Shown here one piece after another: positions 13,175-26,229 of a stretch of 64,000 nucleotides of DNA. The position numbers and the translations under genes were made by a program. A model generated the notes under the pieces. It was given only the letters and a program-made list of their open reading frames with translations. It was not told the origin of the DNA and searched no databases. Numbering within the stretch: position 1 is the stretch's first letter; each line of letters starts with the position of its first letter. The stretch is from Camelus ferus. Its lineage: Eukaryota. The DNA lies in contig NC_045697.1 of NCBI RefSeq assembly GCF_009834535.1, positions 101,434,001-101,498,000 of the forward strand, written 5' to 3'.

Positions 13175-13615
13175 GTTACTGGTTTGAATAGTGCCCCCCA
13201 CCAAATGCATGTCCACCTGAACCTCACTGTGTGACCTTATTTGGAAACAGGGTCTTTGAAGATTTAATTAGTTAAGATGAGGTCACACTAGATCAGGGAA
13301 GGCCCTAATCCATGGCTGCTGTCCATGTAAGGAGAAAAAATAGACACACAGAGACCCACACAGGGTGACTGCCATGTGACAGTGGGGGCACAGATCACAG
13401 TGACAAAGCAAGGACACCAAGGACTGCCGGCAACTACCAGAAGCGAGGGCGGGGCAAGGAAAGACCCTCCTCTAGAGCCTTCAGAGCGAGCCCAGCCCTG
13501 CCAACACTCTGACTTCACACCTCCGGCCTCCAGAACTGGGAGAGAACACACCTCTGTTGCTCTGAGTCATCAGATCTGTGGTACTTGGGTGGGCAGCCCT
13601 AGGAAGCTTATATCA
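13175..13615 (+). mobile_element. MaLR solo LTR (MLT1C-like)
   Basis: gtgaccttatttggaaacagggtctttgaaga...ctagagccttcagagcgagc...ggcctccagaactgggagagaa...gcagccctaggaagc. Confidence 0.85.
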
Positions 13616-14539
13616 GGAGCAAAACAGATGTATCCACGAACAAGAACTTCTAGAAGAATGGATTCAGTTCAAATAGCACCTTCTAAAATGCTGACACACA
13701 CCAGGCCTTCTGTATGGAAACGGTTGTCCTCGATGTAAAATTCTAAGCGCAAACCGGGAAGATGGGAGTCAGGGAGGAAATGGGATGTGATTATTTTCTC
13801 AGCTGTTTACCGGCCTGTTCCTTTACCTTGCACTGCACGCGTTCATTCAACAAGGGGGTCGATCATTCTGATTACAGGACAGAAGTTGTTTAGTGAGCTT
13901 TCCAGCCATGGCTGAAAAGCAGCATAAAACTAAAGGCGTGTGAAATGAAATTAGCAGTCACAGACCCGATAGGTTTGCCAAACACAAGCAAGCCGCCTCC
14001 TACAAGCCTCTTCATTCTCCTTACTTTCCCCTTGATTATCCAGTCTTTTCAAGTCAAACTGCATATGGAGTGCTTTCATCTCCGGACAGGCAGCTGCTTC
14101 AGATGTTCCCCAGCCCTTACACACCTTCCACGCATCCAATTCATCCCCGTTCCGAGGGGCACATCCAGGGAGGTGACAGCCCAACTATAATGCTGGGGCC
14201 ACAACAGTCTCCTTAGCAGAGTGATGACTGACTGATTAAACGCTTAGGTGTGCCAACCACAGAAACCAGAGCCAGGGATTAAGACTCCACAGCACATCAC
14301 CCAGGAAGTCAGCTTTCAAGTAGAACTAAATCCGTTTTAAATAACTTAACATTAAGATTTCCTGGGTCTCTTCCATCTCCATATTTGTGCCACTTTATAT
14401 TCCGGATGTATTTGAACCAAAAAAAAAAAAAATTTAAAACATCTAAACCTGCTTTACAACGGCTATATATTGCTATAAAAAGGAAACCAAAATAACAACA
14501 AAAGACGCCAGGAAATTGGAACTTCTTAGATAAACTTAC

Positions 14540-14566
14540 CCAGGAGGTTTTTTCGGTTTCCTTTCA
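14540..14566 (-). other. Candidate 27-nt microexon of the minus-strand gene
   Basis: Minus strand: long pyrimidine-rich tract...gtttatttttctaattctag|TGAAAGGAAACCGAAAAAACCTCCTGG|gtaagt. Confidence 0.5.
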
Positions 14567-15012
14567 CTAGAATTAGAAAAATAAACAGCCAGCTTTCCAG
14601 AAAGGGAGAGGGGAAGGGAGAGACAACACTTAAATAACAAGAAAGTGACATGATATGAAAAAAAAAAAAAATCAAGTAGTCAAAAATAGTAAGAAAATGG
14701 AACTTCATTAATGTGAAGAATGAAAAGCCAGTAAGAAACCAGCTACTACTGGCATTACATGGAAAATGGGAGAGAAGCACCTTGATCTAAGTGGATCCCT
14801 TAAGTCTGCTCTCACCCTCTTCCCTCGCCAGCATTTCACTTCCCTCCGATACATCACCCAAATTTCAAAGACCATCTTCCCTTCCCTGAGCAACACCGAC
14901 TTTCCCCAAGACATGAGGCCAGCTCTTGGTTTCATTATTGGCATTTTTACCAAAGTGACAGTTCCATGGCTTTTTCTCATCAGAGGCTGTTCTAGGGCCT
15001 GGTTTTTCCACC

Positions 15013-15071
15013 ATAAATAAATAAATAATAAATAAATAAATAAATAAATAATAAATAAATAAATAAATAAA
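15013..15071. repeat. (TAAA)n microsatellite
   Basis: Read directly; two interruptions. Confidence 0.95.
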
Positions 15072-15527
15072 GGAATGCAATTTAAATATATACACGTGTG
15101 TGTTACCAATTATATCTCTATTTCCGAAGAATGACAATTTCTGAAGAAACCAAAAGTTAAGTCAATTGTATGCCTCGAAGTCTGGATTGTAAAAATGGCA
15201 TTGACAATAGAAAAATAAAAATCAACATAACATTAGCAATAGAAAAGACTTTGCGGCTAGGTGAGCTCCTGCGCCCTGCGGCCCATCCTAGCCTGCCAGC
15301 CACATTACTCTCCAGGCAGGGTGCCTCTCCATACTTGCGTGTGCTGCACCCAGCGCCTGGAACTCCCTTCTCCCCGATACCCTCATGGCTCTGTCGGTCA
15401 CTGCTCAGTTGTTCCTATATCATACAGCTCCTTCCCCCTCACTAGTTTATATAAAATCACAATCACCCAACATCCTTAACTCTTCATCCTGTTTTATTTT
15501 TATCCATAAAATAAAAGTATATCTCTC

Positions 15528-15710
15528 TATAAAAATAAATAAAAAACAAATTCCATCTGTATAGCACAGGGACTATATTCAATATCTTGTAATAACCTTT
15601 AATGAAAAAGAATATGAAAACAAATATATGTATTTATTTATATGCATGACTGGGACATTATGCTGTACACCAGAAATTGACACACTGTAACTGACTATAC
15701 TTCAATTAAA
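15528..15710 (+). mobile_element. Short camelid/artiodactyl L1 3' end inserted in an L2 remnant
   Basis: ctgtatagcacagggactatattcaatatcttgtaataacctttaatg...tgactatacttcaatt. 15-bp TSD aaaagtatatctctc / aaaaatatatctctc. Confidence 0.85.
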
Positions 15711-16508
15711 AAAAATATATCTCTCCCACTGATACATTTGCTTATTAGTTTCTGGTCCACTAGCACGTGAATGCCATGAGGACAGGGACTTTGCCCGTTT
15801 GGTTTACTGCCACATACTCAGCACCTAGAAGAACATCTGGGTCTCACAGGCTCCCAATGAATCTTTCTTGAGGGAGAAATGACTCCGCTCCACTCTGTGT
15901 GTTGGACGATCTTTCAGTGCTTACTCTAGAAGGAAGAGGGTCTAAGACACTTGTGTTCCCGGTCTTCTCAGACTCAAATGCTCTGGAGTAGGAGAACGAT
16001 CAAGCATTGAGGAAGGAGTATGTACTGATGAAAGTAAATAAATATAGTAGTTTGAATAAGCAACTTCACTTTCAAACACCTAGAGGCCTAGGGGGCTGCA
16101 TCCAGGGCTCTCCTGATCTTATCACATGGCCTGGAGGGAATGTGCTGAGATGTTGGATTCCTTTTTTTCAAATCAACTTGTAAAGGCTTACACCCCATTG
16201 ATGCAGAACACAGGGTCTGGTTAGCATTTGAGTCACTCACCAAGCAACAGGGAAAGAAACTAAGCACACAAAGTGGGAGGTCTTAAAACGGCAATAGAAA
16301 ATTCAACGTGCGTCTCAGGGAATAAAACCAGAATGCTAAATGAAGTCTTTTCCCAATTCATCCCCGTCTACAGCTATTTACCAATGTAGGTGAGACACCA
16401 GTATACATCTAGGCTGCAAATTCTAGCTGTTTACCCTCTCCCTCCAGCCAGATATCTAGAAAAGGTACTTCTGTAGACCACAGCAAGTTGTTAAAACTAA
16501 AATTCAGA

Positions 16509-16953
16509 TGTATACGCGGTGAAGGCTGTTGATGCCCTGTCCGTGTCTGCCCATTTACGGGGCCAGTGTAGACAGGAGTCACCTCATCAGGGAAGTTGCC
16601 ACGTCCCTTTCCCCGGACACCCCACAGGTACACACACACTTTCACACCCAGCCCACAGCCAATGACTGACTGGCATCGTTAGATGACCACTTACGGTGTG
16701 CTGTGGTTCGTGGTGTGGTTTATGCCTGCATAGTCCCTCCTTTCACCCCCACTGTGAATCCACATCCAGCCAAGGCTAGCATTTACCCCACGTCGAGCCA
16801 AGGCTAGAATTCACCTGAAACCACTTCTTTGCTCAGTTCTTCTCCCTTCCCTCGCCTGCATCGCCCTCTCCCTTCCTGAAGAGCATCCTCTCAATAAATC
16901 ATGTCTCCTGAATCCATGTCTCAGACTCGGCTCCTGAAACCCAACATGAAACA
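16509..16953 (+). mobile_element. ERVL solo LTR (LTR16-like)
   Basis: cccacagccaatgactgactg...aaggctagaattcacctgaaaccac...gagcatcctctcaataaatca...gaatccatgtctcagactc...CA end. Confidence 0.75.
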
Positions 16954-18109
16954 GTGTATGTCCTGGTTAGCTATCGACTTAAAATCCAAAATTAGAATTA
17001 TTTAAATTAGATGAAATGGGAATAACTCCTACTTCATTTTAGGTCCCTTGAATTTAACAGATCATAAGTGAGTTCGTAGAACTATGACAAGTTTCCGTGC
17101 AGAAGAGGAACCTTTCCTATTTCAGTTGACAAGTCCTTTCCCCAGGTATGCTGTGACGGTATTGGGGAGGAAGACAGGTGTGCTCAGTTCAAATGAATGC
17201 CTTCAGCGTGCTACAGCACTGTGTCCTTTTGCTCCCTTTCTGCACATATAGTTGGTTAGTTGGGCTTTGTGCATTTGTTTTTAATCTTTTAATGTAGGAA
17301 CGTTGACTCTGAAATAACTTAGCCAACTCTAAGTCCCTTGACTCTAATTTTTTTTTGTTTTATGAAGCTGGTCTTGTGTATCTGATGGGTTTTAAGAGGA
17401 CTCTATCTCATGGTTTCTATTATAACTTTATATTGGTTATAGTTGGTTAAGAATTTAATCTGTCTCCTGCATTTTATTAGCAAACCGTGTGAATTATCTT
17501 CACAATATGCAAGCTTGCTTCTGCCTGGTCTGTTATTTCTCAAAGGAATTACAATGCCTCTCGAGAACTTGGCCAATTGCTTTTTTTATTTTTAGTTCAC
17601 ATTTTTTAGTAATAACATTATTAAAAGCTTCAATGAAGATTTAGTACTTACTACGTTCTCTTGAGCTCATTTATTTATTTGATTTATACACTACTTGCTC
17701 ATGGAACACTGAGATCTATATTTCAGTCGGTTTTCTGTCTTCACACATTGCGTTGGGAAAACACAGGGCCTTAATTAAAACGATACCACAAGGTGGCTAT
17801 ACCTTTTTTTAGGGGACAATGTTCTTTCTTTGTTACTTAGAATAATCCAAGAAGTTACTAATCAGCCTGAAAATAATACACATTTCTTACATTTGATTAT
17901 TGGTTTAACTGATTGATATTAACCATATAAGAACTAATTAAACAATATTAATATATTGTTATTTTCATATTTTCTTTTTCAAGTTGCCATCAACTATGTA
18001 GTGTATTTAACATATTTTTTATTGTACAGTTTATTCTGTGAGTTCCCAGTTACAACTGTATATACATATAGTTTCCTATGTGGTCAACAGTCTTATTAAC
18101 AGGTAGAAT

Positions 18110-18230
18110 GAGGTATTTTTACTTTTCTCAGTTTCTTAAATATAAAATGGAGATAATAATAAAAATTACCTCACAGAATCGTGGAGAGGACACAGCCTGG
18201 CAGGTAGGAAGTGCTCACCAAACTCAACTG
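18110..18230 (+). mobile_element. MIR fragment
   Basis: ctcagtttcttaaatataaaatggagataataata...acctcacag (MIR core). Confidence 0.65.
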
Positions 18231-18329
18231 TCACAGGACAGGGGTGTCACTCACTCACCTGTCCTGTGTGTAGGTCTGGATCCACGGCATAAATGGGTCA
18301 CTGACCCTCAAAGCGCATCTGAGGAAGTG

Positions 18330-18622
18330 AAGGCATCGCTGAAAGATTGACTAAAGGATCTGGCACTCTTCTGTGGAAGGAAGATGAGATTTTGTCCTGA
18401 GCGTCCAGAAAGCTCAGGAGTCGAACCAATAGGTAGAAGCTATGGGAAGACAGCCTTTGTTTCCAGACATGGAGAAACTTCTCCCTGCCTCAGAAGGCAG
18501 CAGGTTCCATGTTACCAGAGACTTCAGGTAAAAGCAAGACCACTACCTGAGATATTATACAAGTGATTCTTCAAATGGCTAGGAAGTTCGACCAGAAGAA
18601 TTCCAGGGTCCTTACAACTGTA
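18330..18622 (+). mobile_element. L3/CR1 LINE 3' fragment
   Basis: gaaccaataggtagaagcta...ttccatgttaccagagacttcagg...ccagggtccttacaact resembles the CR1 3' end. Confidence 0.55.
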
Positions 18623-18790
18623 ATAATAAAAAAAGCAGTAAACACGCAAGCTCACTGCATGTTTATTACGTGGCACTGTGGGAGGCACTTCAAATGCACC
18701 ATGTCATTTAATCATCACAACAACTTCAGGAGGTAAGTACTTAGATAACCCCTCCCATTTTATAGATGTGGAAATAATGGCTCAGCCTCT
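18620..18790 (-). mobile_element. MIR fragment
   Basis: tcatttaatcatcacaacaac...cccattttatagatgtggaaa. Confidence 0.65.
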
Positions 18791-18957
18791 TTGCCTCGGA
18801 GGACCTGGCAGCTCTCAACCTTAGGTTATATTGCCTTCCATGATGTGATACACTTGACTCGGGTCCCCTCCTTATACCAGTGCAGCTGGACATCCCATCT
18901 CATTTTTTTCATATAGTCTTCCAACGTGGTCCTATGGTTTGGAATTCCTCCTGTTGA

Positions 18958-19342
18958 ATCAGTCAAAATGTGCAAGGTTACGCTATATTAGCAAACAACC
19001 CCTCAGTCTTCCCATCTTCTACCAAAGGTTTCCTTCTCACTTACTACACATGTTCATGATGGGCTGCTGCAGGGACCTGCCTCACGTCTCCTAATACTGG
19101 ATCCGGGTTGATGGGGTGGCCACCATCTCAAAATACGTTGTTGACCACAGAGCAAAAGGAGAGACTTCTGAAGGATGGCACAGTGGCAGTCCATTGCTCA
19201 GGTAAAGAAATGACACTCATAAGTCACTAGTCAGATCAGTCACTTTCCCATCCAAACACAAGGGACCAGGAAGCGCCACCCTGTGCTCACTCAGCAGGTA
19301 GGGAGCCAGGAGTATCTGGTGAACAGGAGCACTGATTACCAC
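18958..19342 (-). mobile_element. MaLR LTR (MLT1I/J-like)
   Basis: gttacgctatattagcaaacaaccc...aaaggtttccttctcacttactacacatgttca...ggtgaacaggagcactgattaccaca. Confidence 0.65.
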
Positions 19343-20339
19343 ATTTTCACTACACAGCTTCCAGGTGTTCTCTCATTCAAAAGCTTCAGTATCTCACAGC
19401 TTCTCAAAATATGTTCCCAAGTGATTAACAAGAGAAAGAGGAAACCTTCTGTGGTAGCACAATACCCTGGTAGCACAATAAACACAATAGGGTAGCGCTA
19501 TTGCCCCTTTGTTTCTCTTTCACGGTAGTCATACCTCTTCCGAAAATGTAGGGTTTCTTCTAACGTGAATGAAAAACAATTAAGATGTGCAATGCTACAA
19601 GAATATGTGACCGAATCTACCCACTGCTCAAACAACCCACCGCAGCAGAGCTAATGCACAATTTTTCTAGTAGGTAGCCTTTTGAAAAGCACAGACTGAA
19701 TTTCTACCAATCATGGTCATTTTAAATGAAGATCATTTTTCATTAAAGTGCTTTATTGTTTGCAGATGATCTAAACGACTAAATATTTTCTCTTCCAAAT
19801 GACCTCTACCTTCAACAGTAATTCATAAAAATCTACTCTGCCTTGGGGACACAAAAGACTTTTGGTTGTTTCATTCGGACTGATAGTGCTTTAAGATAAA
19901 AGCTGTTTTCCTGCTCTGAAAATCTCCAATGAGAAAGCAAAGGCTGCACCAGGCGGCAGCAGTCAGTCCTCTGGGCTCTTATCCTAAACCACTTTCCTTC
20001 CTCTAAACCCTCTTGGCTTTAAAACATCCTAGAACAGGCTAAAGTAGTTAGTTGCTAAGTGTTGTCTTGAACCTACTCAATTAAGTAAGTGGTCACTTTG
20101 AAATTCGGAATTAACTCCAACTCCAAGAGCTATGGCTCTCCTGATATGAATCACCCCCTCCAAAGGCACCCCCTCAAGAGCTTTCTCTCTACAATGCCTG
20201 GAGGGTGGCTTTCTTTGGTCATAAGCTGTCATAGGGATCTCAGCCTACTTCATTTTCCCCAGTCCTTTATTCAGATACAGGGTTTCAATGCCTGTCTCTC
20301 AAAAACATAGTTGGACCACCTGAACATTATTCCATTTCA

Positions 20340-20809
20340 TACTGCCAACAAAAAGTTGTCACTCGCCATCTGGTTCTACAAGAATGAAGTTACTAGCCAC
20401 TGCAGTCTCAGACCTTCAACACACCCTAAAAGGAGCTCAGGGCAGAGATCAGGAATGAGGCACTCTGTACTCTGGCAGAAGCTGGCAGAACCGGTCTTCA
20501 GATAGTTGGGTATTTTCAGGAGAAGATTTTATGAGCCCAATTTCTTACATCTTGTATCTAGGAAAAACTAAAACCAGTAATGGAGACACTGCTCCTCGTG
20601 ACCAGCAGAACCTTCTGTCAAAATGTGTGCTTGACTGCACAGACCCCCTTCACTAAAATCACATACATACTGACCTCTCCCCTACCTCTTCAGAGTAGGT
20701 CCTCAGAGCTATCTGAGAGGCTGTCTCCAGGGCTAGAGTCCTCATTTTGCCCCAAATAAAACAATTCTCACAGTTCTCACAGTGTGCTTTTTTATTTTTT
20801 CAGGCAACA
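20340..20809 (+). mobile_element. ERV1-class solo LTR
   Basis: cctcagagctatctgagaggctgtctccagggcta...ccccaaATAAAac...caggcaaca. Has a polyA signal and a CA end. Confidence 0.7.
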
Positions 20810-21444
20810 GAACAATTTTTACATTAAAAAGATCCCTTCTTAGTTTAAAGAAAAAACTCAGCACTAAAAAAAAAATTATGCCTTAATTTTAATGATATAA
20901 ATTAGAAAAATGGTTCAAAATGGAAATCTTTGTGTCTTGGTCTGGAGACACATTTCTTGACAAAGCGTTGAGGATGTTTTTAAGTCATCTCCATTTCATT
21001 TCAGAGAATTTAAAGCCAGGAAATATATCAGAGAGAGGAAAAACAATGACAGTTTTGTGTAATAGCACAAAATTAGCATGTTGGTCTCTTTGATGAGCTA
21101 AAGTACATGGCAGGCGTTCCTAGTAACCACGTTCCTTTCGACATGTTGAAGGGCATGCTGTGTGTATTCTGTGAATATGAGACGTTATTTTCTTTCTCTT
21201 GACTTCTAGAAGCCTTAGCACTTTTTCAAGAGGGCACACGGTTACTAGAATTACTTTAATATGAGTACTAATCCAACTTCTTATCTGGAAATTAAAATGC
21301 CCCAGAAAGTCCCCATTTTACTTATTTTAGACTCTAGATCATTAAATCTTATCATTTTTAATAAATGCATGACAGAAGTTTAAGATTTTACTGTAACTTT
21401 ATCAAGTTGGCTTTAATCTACCAGCAAATCACTTCCTTTACTCA

Positions 21445-21850
21445 ATTTTCAATTCAGTATATAAACAGAAAATGCCTGTTATGTGCAAAGCACGATTCTA
21501 TATATTATTGAGAACCTAACAATGGAATCCCTGACCTCAAGAAGTTTATAATCTAGTAGACGGCATGTAAATAAACAACACAAAGAAGCACGTGAAAAGT
21601 ATTATAGCAGAATCACAAGTGCCCTGGCACACAGCACCTTCAGCTAGAAAACCTGGGGAGAGCTTTGCTGAAGAGTGGCGTATGACCTGGGATGGACCTT
21701 AAAGTAGGAGTCGAATTTTGAGAGACCGAATTGGGAAGGAAGAGCACCCTAACAGGAGGAAGTAGGAACAAGCAGGGGGTGTGTTTAGGAACCAGCAAGT
21801 AGCCTCGTTTGCCTGTAGCGTAGGGCACAGCAAGGAAGAAACAGGAAATA
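21445..21850 (-). mobile_element. L2 fragment
   Basis: tgcctgttatgtgcaaagcac...ccctgacctcaagaagtttataatctagt...ggaagagcaccctaacaggagga. Confidence 0.65.
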
Positions 21851-23584
21851 AAATGCAAGTGTAGATTCTCAGAGCTACATCACGCTCAAGCGAGAAGGAA
21901 GAGCTCACTGACCCTTTGTTCGATCTCCTGTTTCTACCGATGTGGAAAACAAAAGCCTCTTTTCACACGTTCCGTTGTTTACGTTCCCTGTTCTAGACAC
22001 TAAACTTCTTTTTAATGTGATTATGTGGCCCGTTTTCCATTAACAGCTCAAATGTAATTTCAATGCTGTTAGCGTGAATGAAAGTTAACAAATTATCTGA
22101 GAAATATACATATATATATGAGAAGCAATGACCACACTTTTTCTTTTCCCAGTTCTCACAGTCAAAATTTCAGGATGGTAAATCCTTTCCCTGAACTTTA
22201 GTTAAGTCCATAAATTCATTTGGCCACACAGGGGAATGAGGCTAATATACCCTTAAATGTCATAAAACGAGTTCTTCATTCTGAATATTCTGATACATCA
22301 GAACACCACCACAGAAGAGCGAATAGCATTAGTGCCAGCATTTTACCTGAGAAGCTGATGTCCTTCAGGTTTGCTCCTGCAGATTTTGCCTGCTGTTCCC
22401 CAATCTCTGAGTCCTAGTCAGCACAGAGTTCGGAACCTCTTTTCATTCTCCTGATGCTAAACTGTTTTCTTAAGCTCAAACACAAACAAAACAAACAGAC
22501 AACCTTGCCCACTCGCATCTCGTAAAATTGCACAGTGTCGGTTCTCCCAACAGGCCCTACCTCTCTGATATCAGGGTTGCACTGTCCTCATCTTTAATAT
22601 TGTGCTTTTCAAAGGTTGTTTCTCTGTGGAAACTCTCAGCCAGCTAAGCCTGTGTTTCTATACACTTTGACAAGAGCTCTCCCCACTACAGCCTTCACAA
22701 ACTCAACTCTCCAGCTTCTGACAGACGGGAAAAATGAATAACCCTGCAAGCTCTCTAAAATAGCCAAGATAAAGTACAATGACCATTTTCATCTTTAAAA
22801 GCTCCTGGAAGCTTGTCAGTCATTGAAATAGCTTTCCCTCTGCAGCTCCTGAAATCTGCAGTAGCATCTCTTTGTCCACCGCCTATTGGTGCCTCTCCGC
22901 GGGATCCATCACTCCCAAAGTCATCACCGCCACCATTGTTTTCAAGGCTCACCGGAGAACACAAATCAGGTCCTGTCTTACTGCTTCTAATAGTCACTTG
23001 CTTTCAAGGTCAGTCAGCACTCTTGGAAAAACCAGAAGTTCTTTATTTCTGGGGTCAGTCTTTGGCTTGCCTCTACACAGCGGGAGCTTGTTCTCCAGAT
23101 TTTCCTCTGTGGGAAGAATCTCATAGACACAACCCAGTCCCACGCTGTTAGCATAAAAACCGTGCAACATTGATAAAACCGGATTTCACCCTGGCCTGCT
23201 ACTTCTGCATTCAAAGTGCTTTTCCCTATATTCAGTTGTTGCCTGCCTCTGAGTATCAGCAGAAGTTAATTTCATTTTATCTGCTCTACTTGAAGTTAAG
23301 TCTTCAAGCCCAACCATCAAATGTGATAAAGTCATACGCAAGCTAGAAGGTCCTCATATTAATTGGCAAAAAGGCCAATAATAATTTGTTACTATTCACC
23401 AGATGCAGTAACACCCACCTCAGCAGACAGAAAAATCCCATTACGGACTAAAGCTGTTTAGAATTCTGCATGTCCACGTGTATTATGGACGAACATTTCT
23501 AAAGGAGGGGTAAAAATATTCAACATTGCCTGCAGCATGAAGGTAGAGACAAATCCAAATGCAAGATATATCTCATCAAGAGAA

Positions 23585-23870
23585 GAGCAAACAATCTTAC
23601 GGCTACTGAGAGCAGGGGGTGGGAGGGGGTGAGAAGAGATAAATTTAGGAGTTTGAGATTTGAAAATATTAACTACTATATATTAAAGTAGGTAAAAAAA
23701 ACATTTCTTCTGATTAGCACAGGGAACTATATTTAGTATCTTGTAATAACCTTTAATGACAAAGAATATGAAAACGAATGTATATATGTACATGTATGAC
23801 TGAAGCATTATGCTGTGCACCAGAGATTGACACAACATTGTAAACTGACTATACTTTAACTTAAAAAACA
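23585..23870 (+). mobile_element. Camelid/artiodactyl L1 3' end
   Basis: gataaatttaggagtttgagattt...agcacagggaactatattt...acaacattgtaaactgactatact. Confidence 0.85.
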
Positions 23871-24299
23871 AGAAAGACTGAAGTAAAATGAAAGTACTTA
23901 TCCATTATCGTACCATTACTGCTCCAACCCCTCCCACCTACAGTACGACAAACTAAACACTCTCTATTGAGACACATTACGGTTCTTCCATTCACTCATT
24001 CATTCAACAAATATGAACTGGACACTTAGGAGGTGTTACAAATTATGCTAAACACTAGGGAGATATTGGTGGAAAATATCAACACAATCACCGCCCACAC
24101 AGAGATTACAGTCAGCTGTGAATTAAAGTAATAACTGATTCACAAATGTAAGATGACACAGGGAGTGAGACTTCGCCAGAACTTTGAAGAACCTCAAGTT
24201 TAAACGACAGGTAGGAAATGGCCTTGGGAAGGTCGTCAGGGTGAGACAAGAAGTAAAGACCACAGCAGAGCTGGTAATCGTTCACACCAGAGTCCTAGA

Positions 24300-26220
24300 T
24301 GTCAGATAAACTGTGATCATATTTACAATGCTAAGTCCACAAGAAATTAAAGACAATCTCTCAATGGCAAATTAAAATAAACAATGAATCAAGAAGGGTG
24401 GGAGAGGTGGTCACACCAGGAAACCAGACCTTGGAAATGCAAGGTCCTGGGATAGATGAATAGGTGTTAAGGTCTTGGACCTGCGTCCTGGTGAGGTTGA
24501 CCCTGAGCCCCACACAGAACTGCAACTCTCAGAAGGGAAGTAGTGTTTCTAAAACACGGGCTGGAAAACGCCCACACGTCAACAAAGGGAATAGATGAGG
24601 TAATCTGTCTGCCTCCACCATAGCTCTGAGCAAAAAAAGGCATAGTCTTCTCTGACTAAATGTATTTCTAATTATTCTTTCACAAGAGTCTGAGGTTTAA
24701 ATGACACTGCTCATAGTGGAGAAGGTGGTGGAGGTCCCTGGTCCCTGAAGAAATAAATGCAACTCCTCTTTGGAGAAAAGATCCTCAACCCAGGTCCTGT
24801 AAGCAGCACATTTATGTTTAGCCAAGATGTGCTCACATTAAAAAATGAACTCAAGAAAACAAGCCATCATGGCAAGAGTCAGCAGAAACGCCAAAAACTA
24901 CAGATTCAAGGCTTAAGATTTCAGTTCTAACAGATCTAATATGAATAATTAAATATGAGATGCCTAAAGAAATAAAAGATGGGATTGAAATTTAAGAAAG
25001 GAACAAAAATGATTGAAAATGACTAGACAGATTTGAAGAAAAAAGAAAACTAAATCAAAAGGGCTAAATACCTTGTGTTGAGCCGTCTAGATCCACACTC
25101 TCCACCCTTTCCCACCAAGTCTCTGCCCCTTTGTTGATCTGACCTTTATTTGTCAACATGTCAATCACAGCATGACTCCTGGCTTCTTTGAAGGTTTAAT
25201 GCACACAGAGCACAGGCAGGAGATGGGAGGAAGGAGGGGGACTGCGTGCAGGTGTTTGTGGCCTTGGCTCCTTCCCTGGGAAGTCCCAGGACTGGCTGTG
25301 CCTCTGGACAGAAGATCACCGCTCCTGCACGACGCCACTCTCCCTCCCAACGTCCAGTAACCTCTCCCTCTGCGACAGCCCTGCTGCCGTTACTCCCGAC
25401 CTTCTGCATTCTCCCTTGTGGTTCCCCTTTATCCTAACCAGAAAGAAAAGATAGATCGCTACAAAGAAATGGCAATTAGACTGACAGTCAAATTCTCAGT
25501 AGTAACAATAGAAGCCAGAGCACTGTGGGAACAATATCTTCTAAGTGCTGAGAGGAAAAACTATCAACTTGGAATTGCATAACACTATTATTCAATAGCA
25601 AGCCCAAAATCAAGGCAGTTTTAGATAAACAGAAACCAAGAGCGTTTACTAGCAATAGACTCTTATTGCAATAAATATACTTAGGAAACAGCAAAGCTTT
25701 CAGAAAATACAAAGTTAGAATAAGATAGTTTTGTAAAGTGGCTGCTTCTCAGATCGATACATTAAAATCAATAATATTTCTATATGCCATTAACAAATAG
25801 TTAGAAAATGTAATTTCAAAAGAGATACAATTTTAAATAACTACAATTAAAACGAGATACCTAAAAATAAAACTAACACAGGATGTAAAGGACATTTATA
25901 GAGCAAATGTTTATACTGTCTTAAAAGGCACTAAAGAAGAAATACACTGTGCTCACGGATACAAAGATTAACATCAATAATACAAGAGGTCAAATCTACT
26001 CAGGCTGGTCTAAGGATTTAGTGCAGTTCCAAGCAGAGAGAGAGACACAGCTGGGAGACGGCACAAGCATGATGATTATTTTTTCTTACACTACACAGAT
26101 ATTCTGTACACACACACACACACATATATATAGAGAGAGAGTCAAAAACATTTTATATTCAATAATTAAATTTAAGAAAAGGAGATTTCAGTATTAAGAA
26201 AAATAAAGAATTTTTTAAGA
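24300..26220 (+). mobile_element. Decayed old L1 (5' region, ORF1 and ORF2 fragments), split by LTR33
   Basis: ORF1-like caattagactgacagtcaaattctcagtagtaacaatagaagccaga; ORF2-like aaaatcaataatatttctatatgcc...agatacctaaaaataaaactaac. Confidence 0.65.
25074..25438 (+). mobile_element. ERVL LTR (LTR33-like), 3'-truncated
   Basis: agatccacactctccaccctt...gcacaggcaggagatgggagg...ttggctccttccctg...ccagtaacctctccctc. Confidence 0.7.
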
Positions 26221-26229
26221 AATAGTTAA

